DNA of 64,000 nt from Haliotis rubra (taxonomy: Eukaryota), in contig NW_025764899.1 of NCBI RefSeq assembly GCF_003918875.1, positions 62,001 through 126,000 on the forward strand. The letters run 5' to 3'. The notes under the pieces are model-generated. The model did not search any database. It was not told the origin of the DNA and saw only the letters and a list, made by a program, of their open reading frames with translations. The translations under genes were made by a program, and so were the position numbers. Positions 12,753 to 24,939 of the stretch are shown here, in pieces; the first letter of the stretch is position 1, and the number at the start of each line of letters is the position of its first letter.

Positions 12753-14573
12753 TCATGTTTCCACGAACTGCGGCAGTGGGCAGTCGAGTCCGAGTATGTA
12801 ATCCACGGTGTGGTCCACACTAGTGAGGGGAACATTCAAGTCCCCACGGGTACCCATGTAACATTTCCTTCCAAAAGCAACCGGGTCATGCTGTTGCCCC
12901 TTTACCCACCTCAGTGATCCAGCTACGTTACGAGGCCATGGCCTGCTTGTGGAACATGTATCAGAGCGATTATCTGAATCCACATCCACATCACTGTCGA
13001 TGCTCGATTCAGATGGCGACTCAGTATCGTCATGGACCACCACAACGTCATTCTCATTAACGTCGTGTTCATCTACAGAGAATGCTTCCATTAGTCGAGA
13101 CTCTTCCACAATTGAATCCAGTTCACATATCACTGATCTGTACTCATCCGGGAACATGTCGTCTGCAATGAAGGATCCGTTACCCATGGTAACTACAATT
13201 AGAGCCATTGATGTGGCCTCGGCGAGGTCAAGGTCACGCGACAACTGCTCAATAGGACAAGGGACGGGTCGAGAGCAATCAGAAGAGCTTGCCAAAGTGT
13301 CCTTTCTCACCTCGGTAATTACATCGATAAGTTGATCCTGAACGCACATGTGCTCAGTTGTTGTCCGGTGAGTTGCATCTGACACAGAAAAACCTCCCCA
13401 CTCAGCAGATGAACAGGTCAGAGCCACAGGCTTGTATTCATCAGGAAGGTAGACAGATGGAACTAGTTGCTTCCAATCATTAGCAGAGCAGCCTGGTGGA
13501 GCCGCACATTCCCACTTTGTAAAAGGGTAGATGCATGGAGCCACACTCTCCCCCTCGGTGGGTGGGCAGGCGGGAGTAGGGTATATGGGTGGAGCCATAC
13601 GCTCCCGTTCAGAAGGGTAAATGGATGGAGCCATGCGCTCCCACCCAGAAGACGGGTAAACGGGTGGAGCCTTCCATTGCTGACTAATAGTGGTGCCTTC
13701 AGTAGGCTGTTGGGGTGTCAGGGGAAGAACAAGAGCATCTTCTCCAGGAGAAATTCCATGATAGTATGGCTGTACTTTGACAGGGAGAAAATTCCTCTCA
13801 AAACCACATGTGTCGGAGCCGTAGCCTGACTTTACTGAAAACACGTTTCTATTTTCGAACTCAACTGCCTTTTCCTGGTGTGTTTGAATAGGGTGATATG
13901 TTGAGGCCTTGTTTCGTCCCTCGAAAAACTGAATGGCTGCCCCTTGCTGGTTTACTGGTACAAAGGTCGGCACGGTGGGTCTGGTATGTGGAATCTGGTT
14001 AAAGATCCGATTTGGACTAACCACCAGCTGTCCCTGGTGAGAGATTATTTGTTGATTCGATGAAAGTTTGTGAATGGTGAAGGGATCTGACTTCTGGTAG
14101 GGTTTTAGCCTCCGGAAACCCCTCCTAGGTGGCAATGCAGTCTGTACCGGATTATTGATGCTTGTGGCTACGGTTGGTGGAACGGAAGCTGGGGGATCAG
14201 CTAAATGCAGATGTTTCAGCATACCCATCGGTGATGCGACATGTATCCCTGGACTGATCGTCTGGCTGATCCTCGTAGATTTTCGGCTGATTCGAGTGTT
14301 CCTGGGCCTCGTGGGCTGAGAGGGTTCAAACAACCGGAAAGGATTCACTTCATTCTTCTTCTTTCTGTCCTTGCACGCCTGCTGGGGCTTCTTCGACCAA
14401 GGAAGCTGGTAGACGGGATTGTCAGATACATAGCGAGGACTGACTGTTGGCTGCTGTCGGCTTGGCAGGGAGATAGATTCTAGAGGTATTCTCATGGGAA
14501 CAATAACAGAGTTTGTTCTGACGTCAACAGGACACAGCTGGTCGTTGAACATAACTTGTGGCAAAGGGTTCAT
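12753..14573 (-). CDS. Uncharacterised 606-aa proline-rich, probably largely disordered protein
   Basis: 1.8-kb uninterrupted, non-satellite ORF. Splice acceptor (TTATGTTGCAG|AC ATG) 2 nt before the ATG. AATAAA about 130 nt after the stop (12623-12618). No domain recognised. Confidence 0.75.
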   Translation of the reverse strand: MNPLPQVMFNDQLCPVDVRTNSVIVPMRIPLESISLPSRQQPTVSPRYVSDNPVYQLPWSKKPQQACKDRKKKNEVNPFRLFEPSQPTRPRNTRISRKSTRISQTISPGIHVASPMGMLKHLHLADPPASVPPTVATSINNPVQTALPPRRGFRRLKPYQKSDPFTIHKLSSNQQIISHQGQLVVSPNRIFNQIPHTRPTVPTFVPVNQQGAAIQFFEGRNKASTYHPIQTHQEKAVEFENRNVFSVKSGYGSDTCGFERNFLPVKVQPYYHGISPGEDALVLPLTPQQPTEGTTISQQWKAPPVYPSSGWERMAPSIYPSERERMAPPIYPTPACPPTEGESVAPCIYPFTKWECAAPPGCSANDWKQLVPSVYLPDEYKPVALTCSSAEWGGFSVSDATHRTTTEHMCVQDQLIDVITEVRKDTLASSSDCSRPVPCPIEQLSRDLDLAEATSMALIVVTMGNGSFIADDMFPDEYRSVICELDSIVEESRLMEAFSVDEHDVNENDVVVVHDDTESPSESSIDSDVDVDSDNRSDTCSTSRPWPRNVAGSLRWVKGQQHDPVAFGRKCYMGTRGDLNVPLTSVDHTVDYILGLDCPLPQFVET

Positions 14574-14980
14574 GTCTGCAACATAACAAAAATATTATAC
14601 ATGTACGTCAATTCTTACAGACAGCAACTTGACACATAAACATACAAATGACACGGTGTGTTAGATTACTTTATTTGGTTTTCCTTGGGAATGGGAACAA
14701 AGTAATCACGGACTGCTTGTTTGTCTGTTTGCCCTCTGTGTAATAGAAACTACTATGTACTACTACTTGTCATGTCTGTGTTATATGTCTTATATTCAGT
14801 CTACCGGCCCCGTCACCAAAATGTATAAAATCATTGTGATCTTCATATGCCTTTGTCTTACGGCTTGAAAAGCCATAAAGTTTGTTCTGCCCATGCCTGT
14901 ACGCGCTTAATCATACTTGACTGAGTTGGTTCGATGACGCTTTGAGTCGTCCGGTTGTACACGAGCGATGTAAGGAAATA

Positions 14981-15844
14981 CACTAAACGCCAAAAGATAA
15001 GTTACCCTCCTAAATTTATGAATTTCTTAAAAGGTTTACGAGAAAGCGTAACAACATAGCTTAATGCAAATCACGAAAAAGAATTCTCAAATGCATTCAT
15101 ATTTAGGTGAAAAGCATCTTTTTCAGAAGAGTGAAAATGTCCTATTTTCGACCATGCTGAAATAAACCAATAAGTTGCAACAACTGTGATTTAGATGTCC
15201 AAAAGAAAGGTTGAAATAAAATTCTGCTTTAAGACAAAGATAAACCATTTAAAGTCACCATTTTTCAACTATTAAAACAAGAAACAACTGTTGTAGAGTG
15301 TGTAAAATTGTAAAAGAATCATTCCTATGACTTCAGTCTGTTAAAACATTTTCTGCTGATTTGCATTGGTGAAAGCATGTTGTGAAAAAGTGTTTAGGAA
15401 CACCTTAACTTAACTTTGTTAACATTTTTACTTGCAAAGTAACATTTTTTTCCAGTTTCTGTTTACACATGGCAATATCAATCGTAGCAATATTCCTGCA
15501 GTATTTGCATCAATTTCACGTGTAGAATTATTCTATCGGGAATGAAGATAGCCTGGAATGCATGATAAGTACATGAAATATACCACGATTAACAGCTGAA
15601 GAGAGAGAAAGAGAAGGGATGGCGCAGATGGGGTCGACTACAATACTGTTGCCAACGTCACCGGGTGCCACCGTATCACGGTTATAGGACTTGTTCAGAG
15701 CTACAGACAGACGGGACTCACCGTAGACAGACCAAGTAGTGGACGTCCACGCATCACAATGCAGCAGAAAGTTTCACCATCACTTAAGTAGATTTTAAGA
15801 AATTCATTAAGAAAGGAGGGTAGCGTTTCTTTTGGCCTTTAGCG
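14981..15844 (+). mobile_element. Internally deleted Tc1-like element, copy 2 of the 8495 family
   Basis: Same TIRs, TA on both flanks, and the same HTH remnant (PRLTAEERE..RQTGLTVDRPSSGRPRIT). Confidence 0.88.
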
Positions 15845-16174
15845 TAGTTGACAGCAGGGACACTGACTACGATAACCTACTACAAGTCATGTCAGAGTTC
15901 GATCCGCTCGAGTCGACTCCTGCGACAAGCATGAATAACTAATGACCCAAGAATCCCGTCTGAGTTCGAACCCTCAGACCCTAGTAATGTACCATTGCGT
16001 ACGTATGGACGCAAAATGGGGTGGCCAGATAGCAAAGTATACCCAAACATAGCTTGTCCTTACATAGATTCGCGAACACTTTATCTTTACACTTGAATGA
16101 ACGTCTCTGCGAACAACACAATGTAGCTGATATGTCATGGATATGCACCCTATCATACCACACTGACAACCTAA

Positions 16175-16333
16175 ACTGACTGAGTTTAGTTTTACGCCGC
16201 TTTTAGCAATATTCCAGCAATATCACGGCGGGGGACACCAGAAATGGGCTTAACACATTGTGCCCATGTGGGGAATCGAACCCGGGCCTTTGGCATGACG
16301 AGCCAACGCTTTAACCACTAGGCTACCCCACCA
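16175..16333 (-). mobile_element. tRNA-derived SINE (family A), near full length
   Basis: A/B boxes, family tail, and flanking duplication accacactgacaa.ctaaa. Confidence 0.9.
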
Positions 16334-16702
16334 CACTGACAAGCTAAAACAGGAACATTTCTTTATGGATTGACAACTTTTTCATTGCAATGGATGCGAC
16401 GTGTTTGTGTTGACCCTAACACAGTAAGTGCTTGATAAGGGTGTAAGCATTTACAGGGTTGAAACATACCACTGCAGGACGCCGGGTGGGTACAATAGTG
16501 CCAAACTACTGAAATGTGTTGATATATGTATTTTGATGGTGAAATAATAATGCAATATTGCCACAATTGATAAAGATTATTTGCAAAAGAAACCAAATTG
16601 TTAATTGTGGTCAAGTGAAATTAATATTTGGTCAAGTGGATTTGAAAGTTTACAGGACCTGTGTCCAGTGGAGTTTGGACAAAAACATCAACCCCTGATC
16701 TA

Positions 16703-17332
16703 AACTGACGATCAAAAGAAACTATACCGATGATTTTTGCGAAAATAGTCATCTTAATTGCCTTGCTATAATGCAAGATACATATACAACTGTTAAACTA
16801 AACAAAATGTTTGACAAAAATAGCATAAAATGCAAATCTTAGCTTAATGGCGACGTGAAAATGACTTAAATGGAAAAACACTAATTTGTTTGAGAAAATT
16901 GTGATGCACGTGCAATTCATGGTATAAGCATAGCACATGCGAAGTTCAGCATGCAGTCAACAGGAAAACACTAGTACAGGCATTGAGAGAGGAATGGAGA
17001 GCAATTCCCAATAGTGTCATCAGACGTCTGACGTCAGTACGTCGTCGAGTGCATGCCTGCATAAACGCACATGGTGGACATACTCGATATTGAATTTGCT
17101 TACCCAGTGTATGACATTTACCACAGTTATTGTGTGTTGATTGATGTGAACTGTTACTTGACTTGTGATGAGCGTAGTGGCCAAATCTTACCAGTAAGCT
17201 TATTTTTCGTAACTGATAATATTGACTAAATGTTTGCGCTCCAAGAATAAACTGATTCTATTAAGCTCGTGTTTGTACTTTTTCGAAAATTTGAAAATAA
17301 TTATGGGTATAGTTTCTTTTGATCGCCAGTTT
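16703..17332 (+). mobile_element. Non-autonomous Tc1-like element
   Basis: TIR actgacgatcaaaagaaactatacc / ggtatagtttcttttgatcgccagt. Transposase C-terminal remnant ALREEWRAIP..VHACINAHGGHTRY*. Confidence 0.85.
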
Positions 17333-17480
17333 ATATACATGTTTTTGTTAAATAGGAATCTACCGGAAATTACGTATTTGTATTGGGAAATGACACAATT
17401 GCGGATAAATGACGTGTTTGTTGTATCGATAATTCATAGAGGCTACGGTATACCATAGGCGAATCCAGAAATTCAAAGGG

Positions 17481-17615
17481 NNNNNNNNNNNNNNNNNNNN
17501 NNNNNNNNNNNNNNNNNNNNNNNNNNNNNNNNNNNNNNNNNNNNNNNNNNNNNNNNNNNNNNNNNNNNNNNNNNNNNNNNNNNNNNNNNNNNNNNNNNNN
17601 NNNNNNNNNNNNNNN
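17481..17615. other. Assembly gap (N run)
   Basis: Run of n characters. Confidence 1.
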
Positions 17616-18847
17616 TTCAGTTGTGAAATAAATCAAAGTTGCATTCGTGTTGGTTTGGTAACATGAGAGTTTGGGTTGCGTGATACAGACCTTGAACGTA
17701 AAGGGAGGTCACTCTAAACGGCCATCAACCCAAATATGGGCACATGCTAGAGATGACGTCATTTTATTCTACCTTGATGCATTTCATTATGAATTCAGTA
17801 ATCATCATATCTTTTAAGCCTTCAGTCTCAATTTACATGTTGTTAAAGGATGATAAAAACTATAAGGGATAGCTAGATATAAACTTGGTCAGTCTGCTGG
17901 CAACAGACGTTAAGACTGAAACTTCAAGCTTGACAGATCCAAGATTAAGCCAAATCATTTCGTAAATTTGGAATCGATTATGTTGTTAGGAAAATAGTTC
18001 TACCTGTGTGTGTTCTGTCCATCAATACTCCTATACTGGCCGTGGGAGGGGTACGTTCTGCACAGTTGATTGTAGACACTATTGGCGCGAAGACTGCACA
18101 GTCCCGTGAACGTAAGTAATGGCGGGTCGAAGTACCCGGATTATAATTTTTGAGGGTGATGACTTTCAAAACATTCCGGTACTTTGGTCCAAGTTCGATT
18201 CCCAGTTCACTGACATTATTTTCACCGAGTAAACATCTCCAACACATTCCTTTTCCTTGTCCTATTATTCAATACACATCTGTTCACTGATATAATCAAA
18301 ACAGTTGAAGAAAAATCTTTTTAATAGATGGCGGTGAGTCCCACTTGGTCGTCAACAAAAGGAGTCGTGGTCGTGGTCGATGTTGTGGTGTGATGCATGT
18401 GTGTAGAGTGTACGGTAAGTGATATGAAAACAAAAGTGCATGTAATGTGTGTCATGTGGTCATCAGCATACAGAGCTACAGAAGGAACGTTTGTCTATTT
18501 TTCTGCCTTATTCATTTTATTTTATTGCATAAAAAAAATATTTTAAATAATTATTTTATTTTATTTCTCGGACATACTTTCTATAAAGTTGCAAATGTAC
18601 ATGAAAAATACACCAATTATATGAGTGACCTCACATTGGTGACGTTCGTGTGTACTCGAGTGACACGAGGCTGCTATCTGAACATATGTGCGTATTGTCC
18701 TCATACGGGCATGTAAACGTTATCATCGTGTTATCTCAAGCCACACTTCGCTGTCTCATCTTCTAAATAAGGACGAACGTCGGCAAAGTTTCATCAGTTG
18801 ATGAGAGCTCCTGTGGGGTTTCAGGATATTTGCTGATCACTTCCACA

Positions 18848-21800
18848 ATGCTTCTACTATTGTGTATATGCTTGAGTGTTGTAACATCAGTATATGGTGA
18901 CAACAGCCGTCCGCTCGGCTACACAGAGGTTCTGGTAAGAGCTCACTCTCCCTCCAGAGAGAAGATCGTCAACAGTGATCTCTACCGTACGACAGTAGAG
19001 GAACTAGTTCGTTCGATAAAGCCTGATCGACTTCTACACCTTGGCCAATACCTTCAAGATGAGGACGTGTCTGTGATGAATCTGCTTCAGTTGGATGCTG
19101 ACCCAGAGAACGAGACAGAGAAGGTGCCCTCTGACTTGTGTTCTAACAATACTGGGCTCATCCTGACCCAGGCGGCCGCGGGAGATCGATGGGCACTAGC
19201 CAGTATGTGAAGCTTCATGTTCGACTATTTTGAGAGAGTGGGGAATTAGTTTTACGCCAGATCACAAACTATTTCTGCTCTACTCTGGTTTGGTAGGGGC
19301 TCCAGTCGGCGTTTACCCACGGGCACTCTAATAAACCAAGGTCCGTATGTCGGGATTCGAACCGTTGTGAATGGATCGTGTTTTTGTTTGGTAAACGTCA
19401 TCTCTCAGGGAGATGCAGTGAGTCTCCACAGAATAACTTAATATGTTAGACTATGTGGGCGGTATGTTTGGGAGAACCAGTTAAGTTAATTTGTTTACAG
19501 AAACCTGCAGTGTTTGATATTCTATTAGAGTAGAGATTACAAGACTGACTGACAGACTGAGTTTAGTTTTACGCCGCTTTTAGCAATATTCCAGCAATAT
19601 CACGGCGGGGGACACCAGAAATGGGCAGAGATTACAAGAGCACGTATAGTACGGGATGAGGTATTTGTGTCTATTCGAAATGGGTTAGTTGTGTCTAGTC
19701 GGAATGGGTTACATGTGTCTAGAAGGAATAGGTGAGATGTGTCTTGACAGAATGGGTAAGTTGTGTCTAAACGAAATAGGTTATATGTGTCTCGACGGAA
19801 TAGGTTATTTGTGTCTAGACGGGATAGGTTAGTTGTAATATGGGTTATATGTGTCTAGACGGAATTAGTAAGTTGTTTCTAGACGAAATATGTTATGTGT
19901 GTCTAGATGGAATGGGTTATATGTGTCTAGACGGAATGGGTTGGTTGTGTCTGGACGGAATTGGTTATTGTGTCTAGACGGATGGGTTAGTTGTGTCTAG
20001 AAGGAATGGGTTAGTTATGTCTATATGGAATGGATTAGTTGTGTCTAGACGGAATGTGTTGTATGTGTCTAGACGGAATAGGGTATATGTATCTAGATGG
20101 AATGGGTTAGTGTCTAGATGGAGTGGGTTAGATGTGTCTAAACGGAATGGGTTAGTTGTGTCTTGACTGAATGGAGACGAATCACGTCGGGCCTCGCAGT
20201 AACATCCAATTGTGTTACCCGTATTGACTGTGTAAAATCTATGGATAAAATTATCATCGAACCTCCATACAATTCAGAAATTCTGAATGTGCGAACGTTG
20301 TGAAGGCGTTTTATTCTTTCGTACTCTGCTTGTCGCATGCATGGCATCCCTTAGATACACCAGGATCCGCTGTTTATAATTTCGAATCTCAGTGTTTAAA
20401 CATGTTAGAACATACTTTAGAAACGTTTAAAGCCTATGTACTGAAATGATTCACTCTGTCATACATTGATTTAAATTCCTGACACAGTGATATGTCTCCC
20501 ACGGGAACCTGCTACAGCTCAGCTGAATGCGTCTGGCTGGTCCTTTCTTTGCCAGACTGTCTGTCCGTTCTCGTAAGGCCGAATTTGTCTATTTGTCTGT
20601 CTCCTAACTGAATGCTCTTACACCAGTGCTAGACGCTGCGGGTAAGCCCGACAGCAACATACTTGGAGGTCAGGTGATGTGGGTAGGATCCTACTGGGAA
20701 TGCATTGAGACACGAGCTACGGTCTACCCCGGGCCCGAAAATGAGACTGAACCGGAGGTGCTGTATGAAGGTCAATACTGCACCTCAGCGCTGCCCCTAA
20801 CACCCGGCACACCACAGGTGAGAGTATGCCGTTACACATCTGACCTTCCCTTACCCCCTGCCCAGTACTGTTGAGACTACGCAACAACAATCTGACCTTC
20901 CCTTACCCCCTTCCCCACAACCTTCTGTATACTGAGTCTCCAGTAAGGCTGTATACTGAGTCTCCAGCGAGGCTGTATACTGAGTCTCCAGTAAGGCTGT
21001 ATACTGAGTCTCCAGTGAGGCTGTATACTGAGTCTCCAGTGAGGCTGTATACTGAGTCTCCGGCGAGGCTGTTTACTGAGTCTCAAGGGAGGCTGTATAC
21101 TGAGTCTCCAGTGAGGCTGTATACTGAGTCTCCAGCGAGGCTGTTTACTGAGTCTCCAGTAAGGCTGTATACTGAGTCTCCAGTGAGGCTGTATACTGAG
21201 TCTCCAGCGAGGCTGTATACTGAGTCTCCAGCGAGGCTGTATACTGAGTCTCCAGCGAGGCTGTATACTGAGTCTCCAGTGAGGCTGTATACTGAGTCTC
21301 CAGTGAGGCTGTATACTGAGTCTCCAGTGAGGCTGTATACTGAGTCTCCAGTGAGGCTGTATACTGAGTCTCCAGCGAGGCTGTATACTGAGTCTCCAGT
21401 AAGGCTGTATACTGAGTCTCCAGTGAGGCTGTATACTGAGTCTCCAGTGAGGCTGTATACTGAGTCTCCGGCGAGGCTGTTTACTGAGTCTCAAGGGAGG
21501 CTGTATACTGAGTCTCCAGTGAGGCTGTATACTGAGTCTCCAGCGAGGCTGTTTACTGAGTCTCGAGTAAGGCTGTATACTGAGTCTCCAGTGAGGCTGT
21601 ATACTGAGTCTCCAGCGAGGCTGTATACTGAGTCTCCAGCGAGGCTGTATTCTGAGTCTCCAGTGAGGCTGTATACTGAGTCTCCAGTGAGGCTGTATAC
21701 TGAGTCTCCAGTGAGGCTGTATACTGAGTCTCCAGTGAGGCTGTATACTGAGTCTCCAGTGAGGCTGTATACTGAGTCTCCAGCGAGGCTGTATACTGAG

Positions 21801-24800
21801 TCTCCAGTAAGGCTGTATACTGAGTCTCCGGCGAGGCTGTTTACTGAGTCTCAAGGGAGGCTGTATACTGAGTCTCCAGTGAGGCTGTATACTGAGTCTC
21901 CAGTAAGGCTGTATACTGAGTCTCCGGCGAGGCTGTTTACTGAGTCTCAAGGGAGGCTGTATACTGAGTCTCCAGCGAGGCTGTATACTGAGTCTCCAGT
22001 AAAGCTGTATACTGAGTCTCCAGTAAGGCTGTTTACTGAGTCTCCAGTGAGGCTGTATACTGAGTCTCCAGCGAGGCTGTATACTGAGTCTCCAGTAAAG
22101 CTGTATACTGAGTCTCCAGTGAGGCTGTATACTGAGTCTCCAGTAAAGCTGTATACTGAGTCTCCAGTGAGGCTGTTTACTGAGTCTCCAGTAAAGCTGT
22201 ATACTGAGTCTCCAGTAAGGCTGTTTACTGAGTCTCCAGGAGGCTGTTTACTGAGTCTCCAGTAAAGCTGTATACTGAGTCTCCAGTGAGGCTGTTTACT
22301 GAGTCTCCAGTAAAGCTGTATACTGAGTCTCCAGTAAGGCTGTTTACTGAGTCTCCAGTGAGGCTGTTTACTGAGTCTCCAGTAAAGCTGTATACTGAGT
22401 CTCCAGCGAGGCTGTTTACTGAGTCTCCAGTAAGGCTGTATACTGAGTCTCCAGCGAGGCTGTTTACTGAGTCTCCAGTAAGGCTGTATACTGAGTCTCC
22501 AGCGAGGCTGTATACTGAGTCTCCAGCGAGGCTGTTTACTGAGTCTCCAGTAAGGCTGTATACTGAGTCTCCAGTGAGGCTGTATACTGAGTCTCCAGTA
22601 CAGCTGTATACTGAGTCTCCAGTGAGGCTGTATACTGAGTCTCCAGTAAAGCTGTATACTGAGTCTCCAGTAAGGCTGTATACTGAGTCTCCAGTAAAGC
22701 TGTATACTGAGTCTCCAGTAAAGCTGTTTACTGAGTCTCCAGTAAAGCTGTATACTGAGTCTCCAGTAAGGCTGTATACTGAGTCTCCAGTAAAGCTGTA
22801 TACTGAGTCTCCAGTAAGGCTGTTTACTGAGTCTCCAGTAAAGCTGTATACTGAGTCTCCAGTAAAGCGGCATAGTAATTTGCCTTAGGCCGTTTAGTTA
22901 TCCCGCTTGGGCTGTATAACTAATTTGCTGTCAAGATGTAGTTATTTGCCCAAGGGCTGTGTAATGAATCACTTTTATGACTACCCAGATATTCACTGTA
23001 TACAAAAACCTTTAACATCTTCTCCAGACCGCGGGGTTTGGAGGAACAAGTCCTGGAATCAAGATCGGCGTCTGTTTTCCTAGCACTTGCTCAGAAGCTG
23101 ATGTCACTGCCCTTCTCAATGCAGGTAGGAATGTCAACTTCGTTCTCTCTCAGATCACGTAAACCTGTCTTGTTGAGATGCTTGTAAGGCTGTATAGTGA
23201 GCTACCTGCAAGTTTTTTTTCATGTTTAGTGAGTCGTCTTTAGGACTGTGTAGTGATTGGCCTTTAAGGGCGATATGGTGAGTCGCCTGTACAATACCAT
23301 GGCGTTCTGTCCCCAGTGCTGGATAGAGTCAATACCAGCCTCAAGCTGAGAGCCTTCAGTGTTGTATAGTAATTCACTGTAAAACTGTACATATTGTGAG
23401 TCGCTTGTAATTCTGTATGGCGAGTTGTCTGTACAATATCATGGTGATCTGTCCCCAGTGCTGGAGACAGCCAATACCAGCCTCAGGGTGGGATCCACCG
23501 TCTGCCAGAAGAAGACACAAGACTACAACGCCAACGCCATCATTGTACTGTGAGTACGCTGAATCCTGACTTAATGTTATGTTACGGTGCATATTCCAAC
23601 CATATATATATATGTAATCTAGCTTCGTACACCAATGGTTGACAGCACAGGGTGAAATCCCAGACATCTGGACGTGACACCATCAGTGGGCTGCAGAATC
23701 TCCTGTAGCGTAAACAGGAAATACGTCATATCGGGAATCTCCCAGTTTGGTTTCTGTTTTGTATACCGGAAGTAACACATACCCTCGTAAAGCTCGTCAC
23801 AATCATTTCCCTACAGGTTGGTCCTGTCACTGTTTGTGACGGTGATGGTAACGGCCACGATGTACGACATCGTGTGGGTGCAGATGCCGAAATGGGAGAT
23901 GGAGAAACAACAAGCAGCAGGAGATGTGGGGACCACGGTCAACATCAAGGACACATCGCAGTCCATAGAGACGACACCTCTGTTGAAGGACAAACAGCGT
24001 CGCAGCAACTGTCTCGGACAACAGGTAGGCCCAGAGAAGATGAAATCTTTGCTTCGTGTGTGTGCGTTCACTGTTCACCTATTACAGCTGTCGATAATGT
24101 TTGCGAATGTTATGTTTTATTCAGTTGTATTGCATTAAGGTAAAGGATGAAGATTGTACTCAGTCATAGTATATCTTAGGAATGTAACGCTTACAGAATT
24201 ACATGTTAATGCTACGGTGATAATGAACGCCATAATGTTACGGTAATATTATTACATCATACTGTTATGGTCATCATAATGCAAAAGAATGTTACGGTTA
24301 AAGAATCAAGTTATAATGTCACGGTGATAATATTACTTATAAATGTCTGTTGCGGTGGGGTAGCCTAGTGGGGAAAGCATTCGCTCGACCCGCCAAAGCT
24401 GGTTTCTCAATATCCGTCGAAAATGTGAAACTCATTTTTGGTGTGCCCACCGTCATACTATTTAAATTGATATTACTGATATTGCTAAAAGCTGCTAAAA
24501 ACGGTGATTGTGTTGTAGGTGTTGCCGCTCAGATGTTGCTGTCCTTCTCTGTGTACACCAACACCGTCAAACTGTTGTCCCTGTCCCAGCCCCCGGGATC
24601 CATCTCCAGCATCCACGGGATCAGGTTCTTCAGCATGACCTGGGTCATCCTCGGACACTCCTTGGCTTTCGCTACTGGAGCCTCACGTGCGTCCAACTCT
24701 TTTACTTTATAGTTGTTATGTTGATATCATTTGTTGTGCCCTCCTTTAACTTCTGTATCTGCTGGTCGGAGGTTCGAATCCCAGATCGAGCAAAACATGA

Positions 24801-24908
24801 TCCTTGGTTTGTCGGCTCAAGCTGGTGTCAAGGAAACATCGCTGAACATTGGCATCTCTGTATATGTGTGGCGTGACGTGTGTGTGTGTGTGTGTGTGTG
24901 TGCGTGTG

Positions 24909-24939
<31 letters not shown>

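Noticed and set aside
20871-22888. Long repetitive ORFs (LYTESPVR / WRLSIQP, 200-464 aa)
   Set aside because: Translation of a 24-bp intronic minisatellite that lacks stops in one frame per strand; it lies inside nrf-6 intron 2.
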